DNA of 64,000 bases from an uncultured Candidatus Binatia bacterium (GCA_965215605.1 OZ244070.1:2592001-2656000), one strand, 5' to 3'. Positions 17,150 to 26,887 are shown, counted from the first letter of the stretch. A program made the numbers and translations. The notes: generated from the letters alone by a model not told the origin.

Positions 17150-18406
17150 TCAGGACTCCCAGATCGCACTGACCGGCATGGTGAACAACTTGGGCCCCAC
17201 CTGCTGGATTCGGTCGCCGTCGTGAAGGACGATGCCACAGGCAAACCGCCGGCCCGTGGCCTCCTCCAGGCGAGCCAAGCCCTTGAAGTCACGCGGATGG
17301 ACGGTGGCGCCTGCCTTGACCTCGATGCCGACGATCTTGTCCGGCAACCGCTCCAGGACCAGATCGACCCCCAACTGATCCTTGTCGCGGTAGTGGGAGA
17401 CGAACATCCGCTGATCGGACAGGGCGGCTGCCTTCGCGATTTCGGAATAGACAAGGCATTCCAGCAGCGGTCCCAGTTGCTGCCGGTCGCGGGCGATAGT
17501 GGCGGCATCGACCCGCCGAAGCGCGGCCAGCAGGCCCGGGTCCAGAAACTGAAGTTTAGGCCGTTTGACCAAACGCTTCAGCTCGTTGCGGTGCCACGCG
17601 TAGACCCGCCGGACGAGAAACATGTGCTCGAACAGGCTCAACCAACGATCGACGGTCTTGCCATCGATCCCCAGATGGGACCCTGTCCGGCTCATGTTGA
17701 GCAATTGACCCGAAGAGACGGCGGCGTGGTCGAGTAGCCGGGCCATCGCGTCCTGCTTTGTGATGCTCGCGATATCGGACACGTCGCGCTCGGCGAGCGA
17801 GAGGGCATAGGACCGCAGCCAACTCCTGCGCCGCGCCGGGACCAATCGAGAGAGGGCTTCGGGAAAACCGCCGGCGAGAATGCGCTGGGTCAGGTTGGTT
17901 GTGGCGCCCGCTGTCGCGAGTTTCGAAAAATCTCCGGCGAACGCCCGCTCCAGAAAACCGGGCGCTTCGCTCCGGGCGATCTCGGCTTGAGAAAAGGGCA
18001 GCAACTCAATGGTCTCGACGCGGCCTGCCAGCGAATCGGGAGAAATCGCGGCTCTGAAGAGGTCCACCGATCCGGTGATCAGATAGCGTCCCGGCCGAGG
18101 GTCTTCGTCAACCGCCTGCTTGATGGCGAGGATCAGTGCGGGCGCCCGCTGAATCTCGTCGATGACCACCGCCGGGTTGCGGCGTACGAAGCCGATGGGA
18201 TCGTCTTCGGCGAATCTCCTGTACTGCTCGTCGTCCAGGGTGATGAACGGGCGGCCGTCGTCACCCGCGATGCGGCGTGCCAGGGTCGTCTTGCCGGACT
18301 GTCGCGGACCGACAACGGCGACGATGCGGGTGTCCGCGAGCGCCTCGCGGACCCGCGCCTCCGCATGCCGGGGCACGTACTTTTCGCCTGTCGTCCGGTT
18401 CGGCAT
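17150..18406 (-). CDS. ATP-binding protein (AAA_14 ATPase + DUF4143-type C-terminal nuclease-like domain)
   Basis: GPRQSGKTT, IDEIQR, LITGS, SLAGR, GGFP, KRPK, C-terminal VDLV...GIEVK. Confidence 0.85.
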   Translation of the reverse strand: MPNRTTGEKYVPRHAEARVREALADTRIVAVVGPRQSGKTTLARRIAGDDGRPFITLDDEQYRRFAEDDPIGFVRRNPAVVIDEIQRAPALILAIKQAVDEDPRPGRYLITGSVDLFRAAISPDSLAGRVETIELLPFSQAEIARSEAPGFLERAFAGDFSKLATAGATTNLTQRILAGGFPEALSRLVPARRRSWLRSYALSLAERDVSDIASITKQDAMARLLDHAAVSSGQLLNMSRTGSHLGIDGKTVDRWLSLFEHMFLVRRVYAWHRNELKRLVKRPKLQFLDPGLLAALRRVDAATIARDRQQLGPLLECLVYSEIAKAAALSDQRMFVSHYRDKDQLGVDLVLERLPDKIVGIEVKAGATVHPRDFKGLARLEEATGRRFACGIVLHDGDRIQQVGPKLFTMPVSAIWES

Positions 18407-18433
18407 GATGGCGTCCTGAATGGAGTCCTGTTT

Positions 18434-18499
18434 CGTCCAACTCGGAGTATAATAACGTCCAAATCAGAATATAGCACCGTCCAATCCGGATTCAAACCA
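18434..18499. promoter_or_regulatory. Three degenerate 22-bp direct repeats upstream of ATPase gene (putative operator array)
   Basis: CGTCCAA at 18434, 18456 and 18478 in an AT-rich stretch. Confidence 0.5.
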
Positions 18500-18545
18500 T
18501 CGGCAATTTGTCTCGACAGGCTCGGAACGAGATCGTAATCGGTAA

Positions 18546-18707
18546 CCGGACAAAGACCCGGCGGAGTGGAACTCCTCGTACATCACCCAGCCCGGGCCGT
18601 TCGTCGCCCTGGTGCGTGATTTCTTCTCGCGCGGCGAGGCCTTCATCGTCAATCCGGGTGACGAACAGGCCGGTGTGATGGCGGCGCCCCGCCAGCCGTC
18701 CCCGTAA
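18546..18707 (+). pseudogene. Possible startless 3' gene remnant
   Basis: GC3-biased open frame PDKDPAEWNSSYITQPGPFVALVRDFFSRGEAFIVNPG...* preceded by a stop codon. Confidence 0.3.
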
Positions 18708-18722
18708 CCGGCGACCGCCGGG

Positions 18723-19343
18723 CTACTTCCGCCGCAAGCCCGGATCCGTGAGGGTGGTGTCCTGTCCCGGCGGCGTTTCGTCGAGCGCCTCTTCGAGCGA
18801 GGGTCTCGGCGCCCACTCCTCGGGCGGCCGCGCCTCGCCGTCCCAGTCCACCTGATCGAGACCCCAGAAGATTTCCAGGCTGTGGCCGTCCGGGTCGCAA
18901 AACTCCACCGATACCTGGCAGCCGGCCCGCCGGCGGCCGTGGAAATCGATGGGCACGTCGTGCTTCTCGAGGTGCTCCCGGGCGCGGAAGACGTCGTCAA
19001 GGGTGGGGACCTCGAAGGCCAGGTGATGCAGTTCCCGGCCCCCGGAAACCTCGCCGTCCCGGCCGACCAGGCCGAGGCCGTGGTGGTCCCGGTTGAAACG
19101 CATGAAGACCATCCGGCCGGGGACCATGCTTTCGGGATAGACGTCGGAAACCTTGAAGCCGAGCACCTGAGTATAGAATCGGACTGACGCGTCGATGTCC
19201 CGGACCACCAGCACGGCGTGTCCCATGTTGCCGATGGGGAAGGGCATGTCCGACGGCGGCTGCACGCCTTTCATCGCCTCGACCGCGGGACTGTGCAGCC
19301 CGTCCAGATCGAGCTTGCCTCGTTGGGTCATGTTCTTGGCCAT
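18723..19343 (-). CDS. VOC/glyoxalase family protein (extradiol dioxygenase-like)
   Basis: MGHAVLVV...FYTQVLGF, DHHGLGL, LHHLAFEV, DPDGHSLE. Confidence 0.85.
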   Translation of the reverse strand: MAKNMTQRGKLDLDGLHSPAVEAMKGVQPPSDMPFPIGNMGHAVLVVRDIDASVRFYTQVLGFKVSDVYPESMVPGRMVFMRFNRDHHGLGLVGRDGEVSGGRELHHLAFEVPTLDDVFRAREHLEKHDVPIDFHGRRRAGCQVSVEFCDPDGHSLEIFWGLDQVDWDGEARPPEEWAPRPSLEEALDETPPGQDTTLTDPGLRRK

Positions 19344-19472
19344 GGCGGATTTTCCTCCATCAGGGTGCGATTGTAACGTGATGCGGCTATACTATCGACG
19401 GTTCAACTGTTATTGTCGGGTGCCCTTTGCGGCGGCCGCGGGCGCCGTCACGATCAACCGTGGGAGGCTATC

Positions 19473-20786
19473 ATGAGTTTCGTACCTCATACCAGGTTCA
19501 TGGCCTTGGCTGTCGCCGGCGTCGTGCTGTTCGGCGCCGGCGCCGCCGTGGCGCAGACCGTCAAGGTGGCGGTTCCAACGTTCCTTACCGGCGGGGGCGC
19601 GCCGACCTACGGCGTCCCGGCCAAGAACGGCGTGGAGCTGGTGGTCCGCGCCATCAACGAAGGCACCCTGCCGGCGCCCTACAACAGTGTGGGGATGGCG
19701 GGCCGCAAGGTGGATCTGGTGGTGTACGACGAAAGCGGCGGCGGCACCAAGCAGGTCACGGAGCTGCGCAACAAGGTGCAGAAGGAGGGCGTGGACGTCG
19801 TGGCCGGCTACATCTCCTCCGGGAGCTGCGCCGCCATCGCCCGGGTGGCCGAGGAGCTTAAGGTCCTGACCCTTCTGTCGATATGCGGCACGCCGCGCAT
19901 CTTCGAGGAGCTGGTGAAGGAGCCGAAGTACCTCTTCCGGATCATCAACCACAGCACCGGCGGCAACGTGGGCGCCGCCCACTACGTCGTCAGGAAGCTC
20001 CGGGGCGAGCTCAAGGACGGCTACATGGGCATCAACCAGAACTACGCCTGGGGCCAGGATGCCTGGCGCGATTTCAACCTGGCCATGCAGACCCTGTCGC
20101 CGGAGTTCAAGCCCGCCAAGAAGCAACAGTTCCCCAAGCTGTTTTCCGGCCAGTACGGCACCGAGATCTCGGTGCTGCTCAGGGCCAAGGAGAAGCTGGT
20201 GCACTCGAGCTTCTGGGGAGGCGACCTCGAGGCCTTCATCGCCCAGGGTTCGGCCAGGGGACTGTTCAAGCGCAAGAAGTTCGTCCTCCCGGTGGGCGAG
20301 ATCACGGCCCACCGGCTCGGCAAGAAGTTCCCGAAGGGTCAGCTCGCGCGCGGTCCCTACGGATTGTACGCGGAGGGTATCGACACCCCGCTCAACAAGT
20401 GGTTCCGGAGCGAATTCCGCAGGATATACAAGCAGTCGCCTTCGTCGCCGGCCTATCACTACGCCGACAGCATCGTGGCAGCCAAGTACGCCTACGACAC
20501 GGCCATGAAGGCCAACGGCGGCAAGTTCCCGTCCACGGATCAGGTGATCAGGGCGCTGGAGCACGCCACCTTCGACATCCTCGCCGCCAAGGTCAGGATG
20601 GCCCTCGGCAAGGGTCATCAGGCGGTCACCTCGGACCGCTGGGGCTATGCCGAGTGGGACGATGCCAAGGGCGAGATCGTGGTCCGGGACGTGGTGGAGT
20701 TCAAGGCCGAGTGCGTGAACCCGCCGGAAGGGGTCAACGCGGCGGACTGGGTCAAGGGCGGCATGAAGGGCGCCAAGTGCGACTGA
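19473..20786 (+). CDS. ABC transporter substrate-binding protein (LivJ/LivK-like)
   Basis: Signal peptide, VVYDE, GYISSG, NQNYAWGQD; first gene of liv-like operon. Confidence 0.85.
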   Translation: MSFVPHTRFMALAVAGVVLFGAGAAVAQTVKVAVPTFLTGGGAPTYGVPAKNGVELVVRAINEGTLPAPYNSVGMAGRKVDLVVYDESGGGTKQVTELRNKVQKEGVDVVAGYISSGSCAAIARVAEELKVLTLLSICGTPRIFEELVKEPKYLFRIINHSTGGNVGAAHYVVRKLRGELKDGYMGINQNYAWGQDAWRDFNLAMQTLSPEFKPAKKQQFPKLFSGQYGTEISVLLRAKEKLVHSSFWGGDLEAFIAQGSARGLFKRKKFVLPVGEITAHRLGKKFPKGQLARGPYGLYAEGIDTPLNKWFRSEFRRIYKQSPSSPAYHYADSIVAAKYAYDTAMKANGGKFPSTDQVIRALEHATFDILAAKVRMALGKGHQAVTSDRWGYAEWDDAKGEIVVRDVVEFKAECVNPPEGVNAADWVKGGMKGAKCD

Positions 20787-20812
20787 GCGGCGCCCCGGTC
20801 TAGTGTCTTCGT

Positions 20813-20853
20813 GACTCGGGCGCCACAGTGCGGCGCCCGAGTCTGTTTCTTTC
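20813..20853 (+). terminator. Intercistronic hairpin with U-rich tail (attenuator or mRNA stabiliser after SBP gene)
   Basis: GACTCGGGCGCC/GGCGCCCGAGTC 12-bp stem followed by TGTTTCTTTC. Confidence 0.6.
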
Positions 20854-20875
20854 ATTCCCGCGCACGGGGGAACCT

Positions 20876-21778
20876 TTGGATCCCGAGCTCCTACTCATCA
20901 TCCTCGTTGACGGACTCGTCTACGGTTCCTACCTGTTCATGGTAGCGGTGGGCTTGACCGTCATCTGCGGCGTCCAGAAGCTCCTCAACGTCACCCACGG
21001 CTCCCTGTATGCCTTCGGCGCCTATCTCACGGCGACGCTGCTGATCCTCTATTTCCGGGTGGATTGGCCGCAGTTCGGCGCGTTCGCGGTGATGCTGTTC
21101 GCCGCGCTTTTCCTGGGCGTGGTGTTCGGCGTCATCATCGAGCGCGGCCTGCTCCGGCACCTCTATCACGAGGATGAGCACATCATCGTGCTCGCCACCT
21201 TCGCGGCCTTCCTGGTGCTTGAGGACGTGCTGTTGCTGATCTGGGGCACCGACCCCTATCTCGCCCCGGAACCTCTGGGTTTGCTGGGCCAGACGGAGAT
21301 CGCCGGGCTGCCCTTCGACAACTACAGCCTGTCCACGGTGCTCTTGTCGGCCGTGATCGCCGCGGCGCTCTGGTACGGACTCAAGCGCACGCAGTTCGGC
21401 AAGCTGCTGCTGGCGGTGATTCATGACCGGGAGCTGGCCCAGGCCATGGGCATCAACGTCAACCGGGTCTTTCTCCTGACCTTCATGCTGGGTTCGTTCC
21501 TGGGCGCCCTGGGCGGCGCCTATCAGGCGCCGGCGATCTCGGTCCAGCCGGGGATCGGCGTGGAGGTGATCGTGCTGGCCTTCGCGGTGGTGGTCATCGG
21601 CGGCATGGGCAGCATTCCCGGCGCCCTCATCGGCTCGGTGATCGTGGGCGTGGCCCGGGCCTTCGCGGTGCACCAGGAGCCGGCCCTGGAGCTGTTCGTC
21701 ATCTACATGATCATGGCCGCGGTGCTCATCGTCCGGCCGCAGGGGCTGTTCGCGCCGGCCAAGCCGAGGACCATATGA
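20876..21778 (+). CDS. Branched-chain amino acid ABC-type permease (LivH-like)
   Basis: GLVYGSYLFMVAVGLT, NVTHGSLY, AFAVVVIGGMGSIPGA, RPQGLF; TTG start inferred. Confidence 0.88.
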   Translation: MDPELLLIILVDGLVYGSYLFMVAVGLTVICGVQKLLNVTHGSLYAFGAYLTATLLILYFRVDWPQFGAFAVMLFAALFLGVVFGVIIERGLLRHLYHEDEHIIVLATFAAFLVLEDVLLLIWGTDPYLAPEPLGLLGQTEIAGLPFDNYSLSTVLLSAVIAAALWYGLKRTQFGKLLLAVIHDRELAQAMGINVNRVFLLTFMLGSFLGALGGAYQAPAISVQPGIGVEVIVLAFAVVVIGGMGSIPGALIGSVIVGVARAFAVHQEPALELFVIYMIMAAVLIVRPQGLFAPAKPRTI

Positions 21779-22761
21779 GCTGGCGCCAGGACAAGACGCT
21801 CTGGGGCCTCACCCTCGGCCTCGCCGCGCTGCTGCTGCTCAACTTCGCGGTGCCGGAGTGGTTCCGCAGCATCCTCACGCTTTCCTTGGCCCGGGGCTCG
21901 GTGGCGCTGGGCCTCCTGGTGCTCTGGCGCTGCGGGCTGATCTCCTTCGGCCACGCGCTTTACTTCGGCTTCGGGGCTTACACCGTGGGGCTCATGGGCC
22001 GGTACCTGGGCATCACCGACGCCTTCCTGACCATCGCCTGCGGTGTGGCGACGGCCGGGCTGCTGGCTTTTCTGCTGGGTTTCCTGCTGCGGCAGTACCG
22101 GGGCATCTTCTTCGCCCTGCTGAACATGGCGTTCTCCATGATACTCTACGGCGTCCTGGCCAAGCTCGAGGAGCTGGGGTCCACCGACGGCATCAGCCTG
22201 GAGACGACGACCTATCTCTGGTACGCGCCCCTGGGCGCCGAGAACAAGACGGCGCTGTTCATCTTTGCGGCGGTCCTGACTTGGGGCGTGGCGGTGCTGG
22301 TGCACCTCTACCTGCGCTCCACCCTGGGCAACATGACCACGGCCGTGCGCGAAAACGAGATCCGGCTGAGCTATCTGGGGTATTCGGCCGAGCGGGCCGT
22401 CCACGCCAAATACGTCGTCTCCGGGCTCCTGGGCGGTTTTGGCGGTACCATCGCGGTGCTCACCATCGGCCACGTGGACCCGGACTCCATGGTGTACTGG
22501 CCGGTGTCCGGGGACTTCGTCTTCATCGCCATCCTGAGCGGCGCCGGCAACGTGGTCGCACCCTTCATCGGCGCGTTGATGTACGAGCTGATCCGTACCT
22601 ACGCCTTCGACCAGTTCCCGGGCATCTGGCAACTCATCATGGGCGGAACGCTCCTCGCCATCATCATGTTCCTGCCCAACGGGTTGTGGTCGCTGGTGGA
22701 GCGGCGGCGGAGCGGGGCGGGATCGGGCACGGCGCTTCCGGCCGGGAAAAAAGAGGCATAG
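21775..22761 (+). CDS. Branched-chain amino acid ABC-type permease (LivM-like)
   Basis: GLISFGHALYFGFGAY, AVRENE, ILSGAG, FLPNGL; ATGA overlap with upstream permease. Confidence 0.88.
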   Translation: MSWRQDKTLWGLTLGLAALLLLNFAVPEWFRSILTLSLARGSVALGLLVLWRCGLISFGHALYFGFGAYTVGLMGRYLGITDAFLTIACGVATAGLLAFLLGFLLRQYRGIFFALLNMAFSMILYGVLAKLEELGSTDGISLETTTYLWYAPLGAENKTALFIFAAVLTWGVAVLVHLYLRSTLGNMTTAVRENEIRLSYLGYSAERAVHAKYVVSGLLGGFGGTIAVLTIGHVDPDSMVYWPVSGDFVFIAILSGAGNVVAPFIGALMYELIRTYAFDQFPGIWQLIMGGTLLAIIMFLPNGLWSLVERRRSGAGSGTALPAGKKEA

Positions 22762-22766
22762 CGGTC

Positions 22767-24218
22767 ATGTCCGCCGTCCTGGAAGTCCACGATCTCGAGA
22801 AGTCCTTCGGCGCGGTGGTGGCCGCACACGACATCAACGTCGTGGTGGAGGAGGGCGAGACCATCGGGGTCATCGGCGCCAACGGTGCCGGCAAGACCAC
22901 CTTCGTCAACCTGGTCACCGGCCATCTGCCGCCCGGCGGCGGCACCGTGGAGTTCATGGGCCGCAGCATTGTCGGGCTCTCGGTGCGGGCCATCACGCGC
23001 CTGGGCCTTTGCCGCTCCTTTCAGGTGCCCCAGGTCTTCCTCTCGGAGACCGTCTTCGACAACCTGATGATGGCCTTCGGCGTCGCCGAGGAGGGTGGGG
23101 CGGGCCTGCTGACGCCGCTCATGGAGGAGGAGCGGGCGGCACGGGTGGAAGCCCATCTGGCCCGCTACCAGATCGCGGAGTACCGGGACGTCGTCGGCTC
23201 CGCGTTGCCCCAGGGCATACGCAAGCTCCTGGACATCGCCATGGCCACGGTGCGCAAGCCCAGGCTGCTCATGCTCGACGAGCCCACCAGCGGCATCAGC
23301 GCGGAAGAGAAGTTCGCGATCATGGATATCCTCATGCAGGCGCTGAAGGAGGAGCATACCACCGTGCTGTTCATCGAGCACGACATGGAGATCGTCGAAC
23401 GCTACGTGGACCGCGTGCTCGCCTTCTACCAGGGGGAGATCATCTGCGACGCCCCCACCGCGGAGGCGATGCGGGACGAAGGCGTGCGGGAGTATGTGCT
23501 GGGCCACGGTCATGACGCGGGCACGGAAGCGCCGCCGGCGGTAGCGGGGCGTTCCTCGTCCGGGGAGGAGGCCCTCGCCGTCAGCGGCCTCGACGTGAGC
23601 ATCGATGCCACCCGGATCCTGCGCGGGGTCCATTTGAACGTCCCGTCGGGATCCATGTGCGGCCTCATCGGCCGCAACGGCGCAGGCAAGACCACCTTCA
23701 TGCGCGCGGTCATGGGCGCGCTGTCGATCCAGCGGGGCAGCGTCCGTCTCGGCGATGTCGACCTGGGCGCGACCCCGGCCCATCGCCGCGCGCACCTCGG
23801 CATCGGCTTCATGCCCGAGGACCGCCGGCTGGTGCCCGAGCTGACCGCCGAGGAGAACATCCTGTTGCCCGTCTGGGCCACCGGCGCGGACAACGCCCGG
23901 GACCGCCTCCGGTGGATCTACGGCCTCATGCCCGAGGTCGAGGAGTTCCGCCGCCGCGGCGCCACCGCCCTGTCCGGAGGCCAGCAGAAGTTCGTCGCCT
24001 TCGCCCGCGCCCTGATGTGCGGCACCAGGCTGTTGCTGCTCGACGAGCCCGGCGAAGGCATCGCCCCGATCTTCGCCCAGCGCATGGTTGAAATTCTGGA
24101 CGACCTCAAGAAGGAGGGAGCCTCGGTGTTGGTGGCCGAGTCCAACGATGTCCACGTCGCCAGGCTCCTCGACCGGACCTTCGTCATCGAGCGCGGCAGC
24201 ATCGTGGACGGCAGGTAG
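22767..24218 (+). CDS. Fused LivG-LivF-like double ABC ATPase
   Basis: Two Walker A (GANGAGKT, GRNGAGKT) and two Walker B (MLDEP, LLDEP) motifs in one frame. Confidence 0.88.
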   Translation: MSAVLEVHDLEKSFGAVVAAHDINVVVEEGETIGVIGANGAGKTTFVNLVTGHLPPGGGTVEFMGRSIVGLSVRAITRLGLCRSFQVPQVFLSETVFDNLMMAFGVAEEGGAGLLTPLMEEERAARVEAHLARYQIAEYRDVVGSALPQGIRKLLDIAMATVRKPRLLMLDEPTSGISAEEKFAIMDILMQALKEEHTTVLFIEHDMEIVERYVDRVLAFYQGEIICDAPTAEAMRDEGVREYVLGHGHDAGTEAPPAVAGRSSSGEEALAVSGLDVSIDATRILRGVHLNVPSGSMCGLIGRNGAGKTTFMRAVMGALSIQRGSVRLGDVDLGATPAHRRAHLGIGFMPEDRRLVPELTAEENILLPVWATGADNARDRLRWIYGLMPEVEEFRRRGATALSGGQQKFVAFARALMCGTRLLLLDEPGEGIAPIFAQRMVEILDDLKKEGASVLVAESNDVHVARLLDRTFVIERGSIVDGR

Positions 24219-24350
24219 AGGATGGGGAATGACGAAGGGGAAACCGAATTTTTTGAATGCAACGGCATAAACCGTGGGTTGACGTGCTTCATGCGGGAAC
24301 TTGTGTTAGTTATTGTCTGTAGCAGGAGAAAGGGAAGAGGGACGTATTGA

Positions 24351-25172
24351 ATGCAAAGACGAAACCTTGATTGTTTGAATGTGACCTTGTTCTCCGGTGT
24401 CACGGCCGGTGCAGTAATCGGGTTGCCGGCCTACGGGTACTTTTATGGTTATTCCTGGGTCGATTGGAGCATGTTCGTGATGCTCTACATCATCACGGGA
24501 CTAGGCATCACCGTGGGTTACCATCGCTTGCTGTCTCATCGAAGTTTTGCTTGCACCAATTGGGTGAAAGGCGGTCTTTTGATCGCGGGCGGATGGGCGC
24601 TACAGAACTCAGGCCTCAAATGGAGCGCAGATCATATCCGCCATCATGCCCGGTGCGACCAGGAAGAAGATCCCTACAGTGCCATGCGGGGATTCTGGTA
24701 CAGTCACTGTGGCTGGCTGTTCTGGGCGGACCCCCACAGAGACGACAAATTCGCCCGCAAGCTGCAGCAGGACGCCGTAGTGATGTGGCAACATCGCTAC
24801 TACATCCCCATCGTCCTTTCCGGCCTGGCGCTTCCCTTCGTGGTGGGCTTTTTGTACGACGGCTGGCTTGGGGGACTGGGATGTTTCCTGCTCGCCGGAG
24901 TCGGGCGGACCTTCTTCGTCTTGAACTCCACGTTTTGCATCAATTCCATTTGCCACCTGTGGGGTACCCAACCGCATGGAGCAACCGATTCCAGTCGTGA
25001 CAGTTGGTGGGTCTCGCTAATCACCTTCGGAGAGGGATACCACAACTATCACCACCGGTTTCAGGGCGACTATCGGAACGGCCGGAAGTGGTACAATTTC
25101 GATCCGTCGAAATGGTTCATCTACAGTCTTTCCCTCGTGGGGCTCACCAGTTCCTTGCGCCGATTTTCCTGA
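24351..25172 (+). CDS. Acyl-CoA (delta-9-type) fatty acid desaturase
   Basis: His boxes HRLLSH, HIRHH, EGYHNYHH; DPSKWFI. Confidence 0.9.
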   Translation: MQRRNLDCLNVTLFSGVTAGAVIGLPAYGYFYGYSWVDWSMFVMLYIITGLGITVGYHRLLSHRSFACTNWVKGGLLIAGGWALQNSGLKWSADHIRHHARCDQEEDPYSAMRGFWYSHCGWLFWADPHRDDKFARKLQQDAVVMWQHRYYIPIVLSGLALPFVVGFLYDGWLGGLGCFLLAGVGRTFFVLNSTFCINSICHLWGTQPHGATDSSRDSWWVSLITFGEGYHNYHHRFQGDYRNGRKWYNFDPSKWFIYSLSLVGLTSSLRRFS

Positions 25173-25189
25173 TCGTCTCGGACAAGCTC

Positions 25190-26416
25190 CTAGGCCGTTC
25201 TGGGCCGGTCGCCGGGCAGGCCGCGGGGTTTGAGGGCGCGGATGACCAGCGGGCCCACGAGCAGCACGATGGTGATGTGGCCAAAGGCGATGCCCCAGTT
25301 GGTCACGCTCTCGCCGCCGAGCGCGTGCAGGATCAGGCCCATCGCCAACGGTCCGACAAAGCCGCCGCCATAGCCCAGCATCGCGTGCACCGCCAGCGCG
25401 GCGCCACGCCGCTCCGGGTCGGCATTGCCGACGGCGCCGGCGGTGAGTGACGACGAATCCGCGTAGATCACCGCGTTGTAGAGGAGACAGACGGTAGCGG
25501 CCGCGCCGTATCCCATCCCCGCCGTGAAGCCGACCATCAGCGCCAGCGCCATGGATGCCGTGAAGACCAGTCGGATCCAGCGCGGACGCCCCAGCCGGCG
25601 CGCCATCTCGTTGCCGAGAACGTTGGAGGCCGTCCCGAGCAGTCCCGCCAGGGTCGCCACCACGGTGGGAACCAGGAAATTCGGCGTACCGCCGCCTTGC
25701 GCCGCCGTGAAGGTCAGGAAGGTCACGAGCCAGGAGCGCACGACGAACATCTCCCAGGTGTGGGCGCAGTAACCCAGCGCATAGGCCATGACCGAGGCGT
25801 TGCGGAACACCGGCTTGAAATCCAGGAGGCGCACCGCGGGTGCCGCTCTCTCCCTGCGCGGACCTGGCGGAAAACACGTCAAGGCCAGGAGCAGCGCGCC
25901 GAAGGCCCCGCCCGCTCCGAGCATGAACGCGGCCTGCCAGCCGAATTTCGCCGTCACCGCGCCGGCGATGACGAAGGAAAACGAGCTGCTGATGCCGATG
26001 CTGGCGGCATGAGCGGCCACCGCCCGCGATTGCGCCGGCCCCTCCACCTGGTCGGCCAGCGCCTTGAGCCCCACCATGTAGGTCCCGGCCCAACCGATCC
26101 CGTTCAGCGCGCGGAAGATGAGGCCGGTCCAGAAACCGTCCGCGAGGAAGGCCATGCCGAGATGGGACAGCATGGTCGTGGAAACCGCGCACATGTAGAC
26201 CTTGCGCGCATCGGTGCGGTCCGTCATCGGCAACAGGACCGGCACCGCAACGGCGTAGGCCCCGAAGATGATGCCGGAGAGCCAGCCCGCCTCCGCGTGG
26301 CTGAGGGACCATTCCGCGAAAAACGCCGGCAGCAGCGCCGCGAACGCCATGGCGCCGATCTGGGCCAGGGACTGCGCCAGGCAGAAGACGGCGATGACAA
26401 ATCCGCTTTGGGTCAC
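25190..26416 (-). CDS. MFS transporter
   Basis: About 12 hydrophobic segments, motif-A-like TDRTDARK; GTG start inferred. Confidence 0.85.
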   Translation of the reverse strand: MTQSGFVIAVFCLAQSLAQIGAMAFAALLPAFFAEWSLSHAEAGWLSGIIFGAYAVAVPVLLPMTDRTDARKVYMCAVSTTMLSHLGMAFLADGFWTGLIFRALNGIGWAGTYMVGLKALADQVEGPAQSRAVAAHAASIGISSSFSFVIAGAVTAKFGWQAAFMLGAGGAFGALLLALTCFPPGPRRERAAPAVRLLDFKPVFRNASVMAYALGYCAHTWEMFVVRSWLVTFLTFTAAQGGGTPNFLVPTVVATLAGLLGTASNVLGNEMARRLGRPRWIRLVFTASMALALMVGFTAGMGYGAAATVCLLYNAVIYADSSSLTAGAVGNADPERRGAALAVHAMLGYGGGFVGPLAMGLILHALGGESVTNWGIAFGHITIVLLVGPLVIRALKPRGLPGDRPRTA

Positions 26417-26458
26417 GGCAAGGATGCTACCACGCCAGCCCGCGCGCCACATATCGTA

Positions 26459-26467
26459 TGGTAGAAT
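26459..26467 (+). promoter_or_regulatory. Putative extended -10 promoter for cupin gene
   Basis: TGnTAGAAT about 65 nt upstream of ATG; GGAGG RBS at 26519-26525. Confidence 0.35.
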
Positions 26468-26530
26468 GGGTGTTCGTGAAGTTCCGAGGTTTCTCCCCGG
26501 ACATCCCCGGGCAACAACGGGAGGTTCGCC

Positions 26531-26863
26531 ATGCCCAAGCCAGAGCTCGAGTTCTTTCCGGTAGATGATCTACCTTGGGTGCCGGTGGAGGGCGCGCCGC
26601 CGGGTCATTATCAAAAGATATTGACCGAGGACCCGGAGACCGGGTTCGTCACCCGGCTTCTCAAGGTGGATCCCGGCGGCGCGAGCACGGATACCTTCGT
26701 CCACGACTTCTGGGAGGAGGTGTACATCGTGGAGGGGAGCCAGTGGGATGGAAACCGACTCTTGAAGAAGGGGATGTATGCCTGCCGTCCCCCGGGAATG
26801 AAGCACGGTCCCTACCGGACGGAGGAAGGCTGCATGACGCTGGAGTTTCGCTACGTCCGGTAG
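26531..26863 (+). CDS. ChrR-like cupin domain protein
   Basis: HDFWEEV, CRPPGMKHGPY cupin motifs; paralog at 36600. Confidence 0.8.
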   Translation: MPKPELEFFPVDDLPWVPVEGAPPGHYQKILTEDPETGFVTRLLKVDPGGASTDTFVHDFWEEVYIVEGSQWDGNRLLKKGMYACRPPGMKHGPYRTEEGCMTLEFRYVR

Positions 26864-26887
26864 GCTGCGCTGCGTGAGCGGTTGAAA

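Noticed and set aside
18434-18499. CRISPR array
   Set aside because: Only a 7-bp conserved core at 22-bp period, three units, no spacers and no cas genes; no CRISPR array seen elsewhere in the window
21858-22766. N-terminal 303-aa extension of the ABC ATPase in the ORF track
   Set aside because: Overlaps livM-like gene in another frame; real start is ATG 22767 after an RBS
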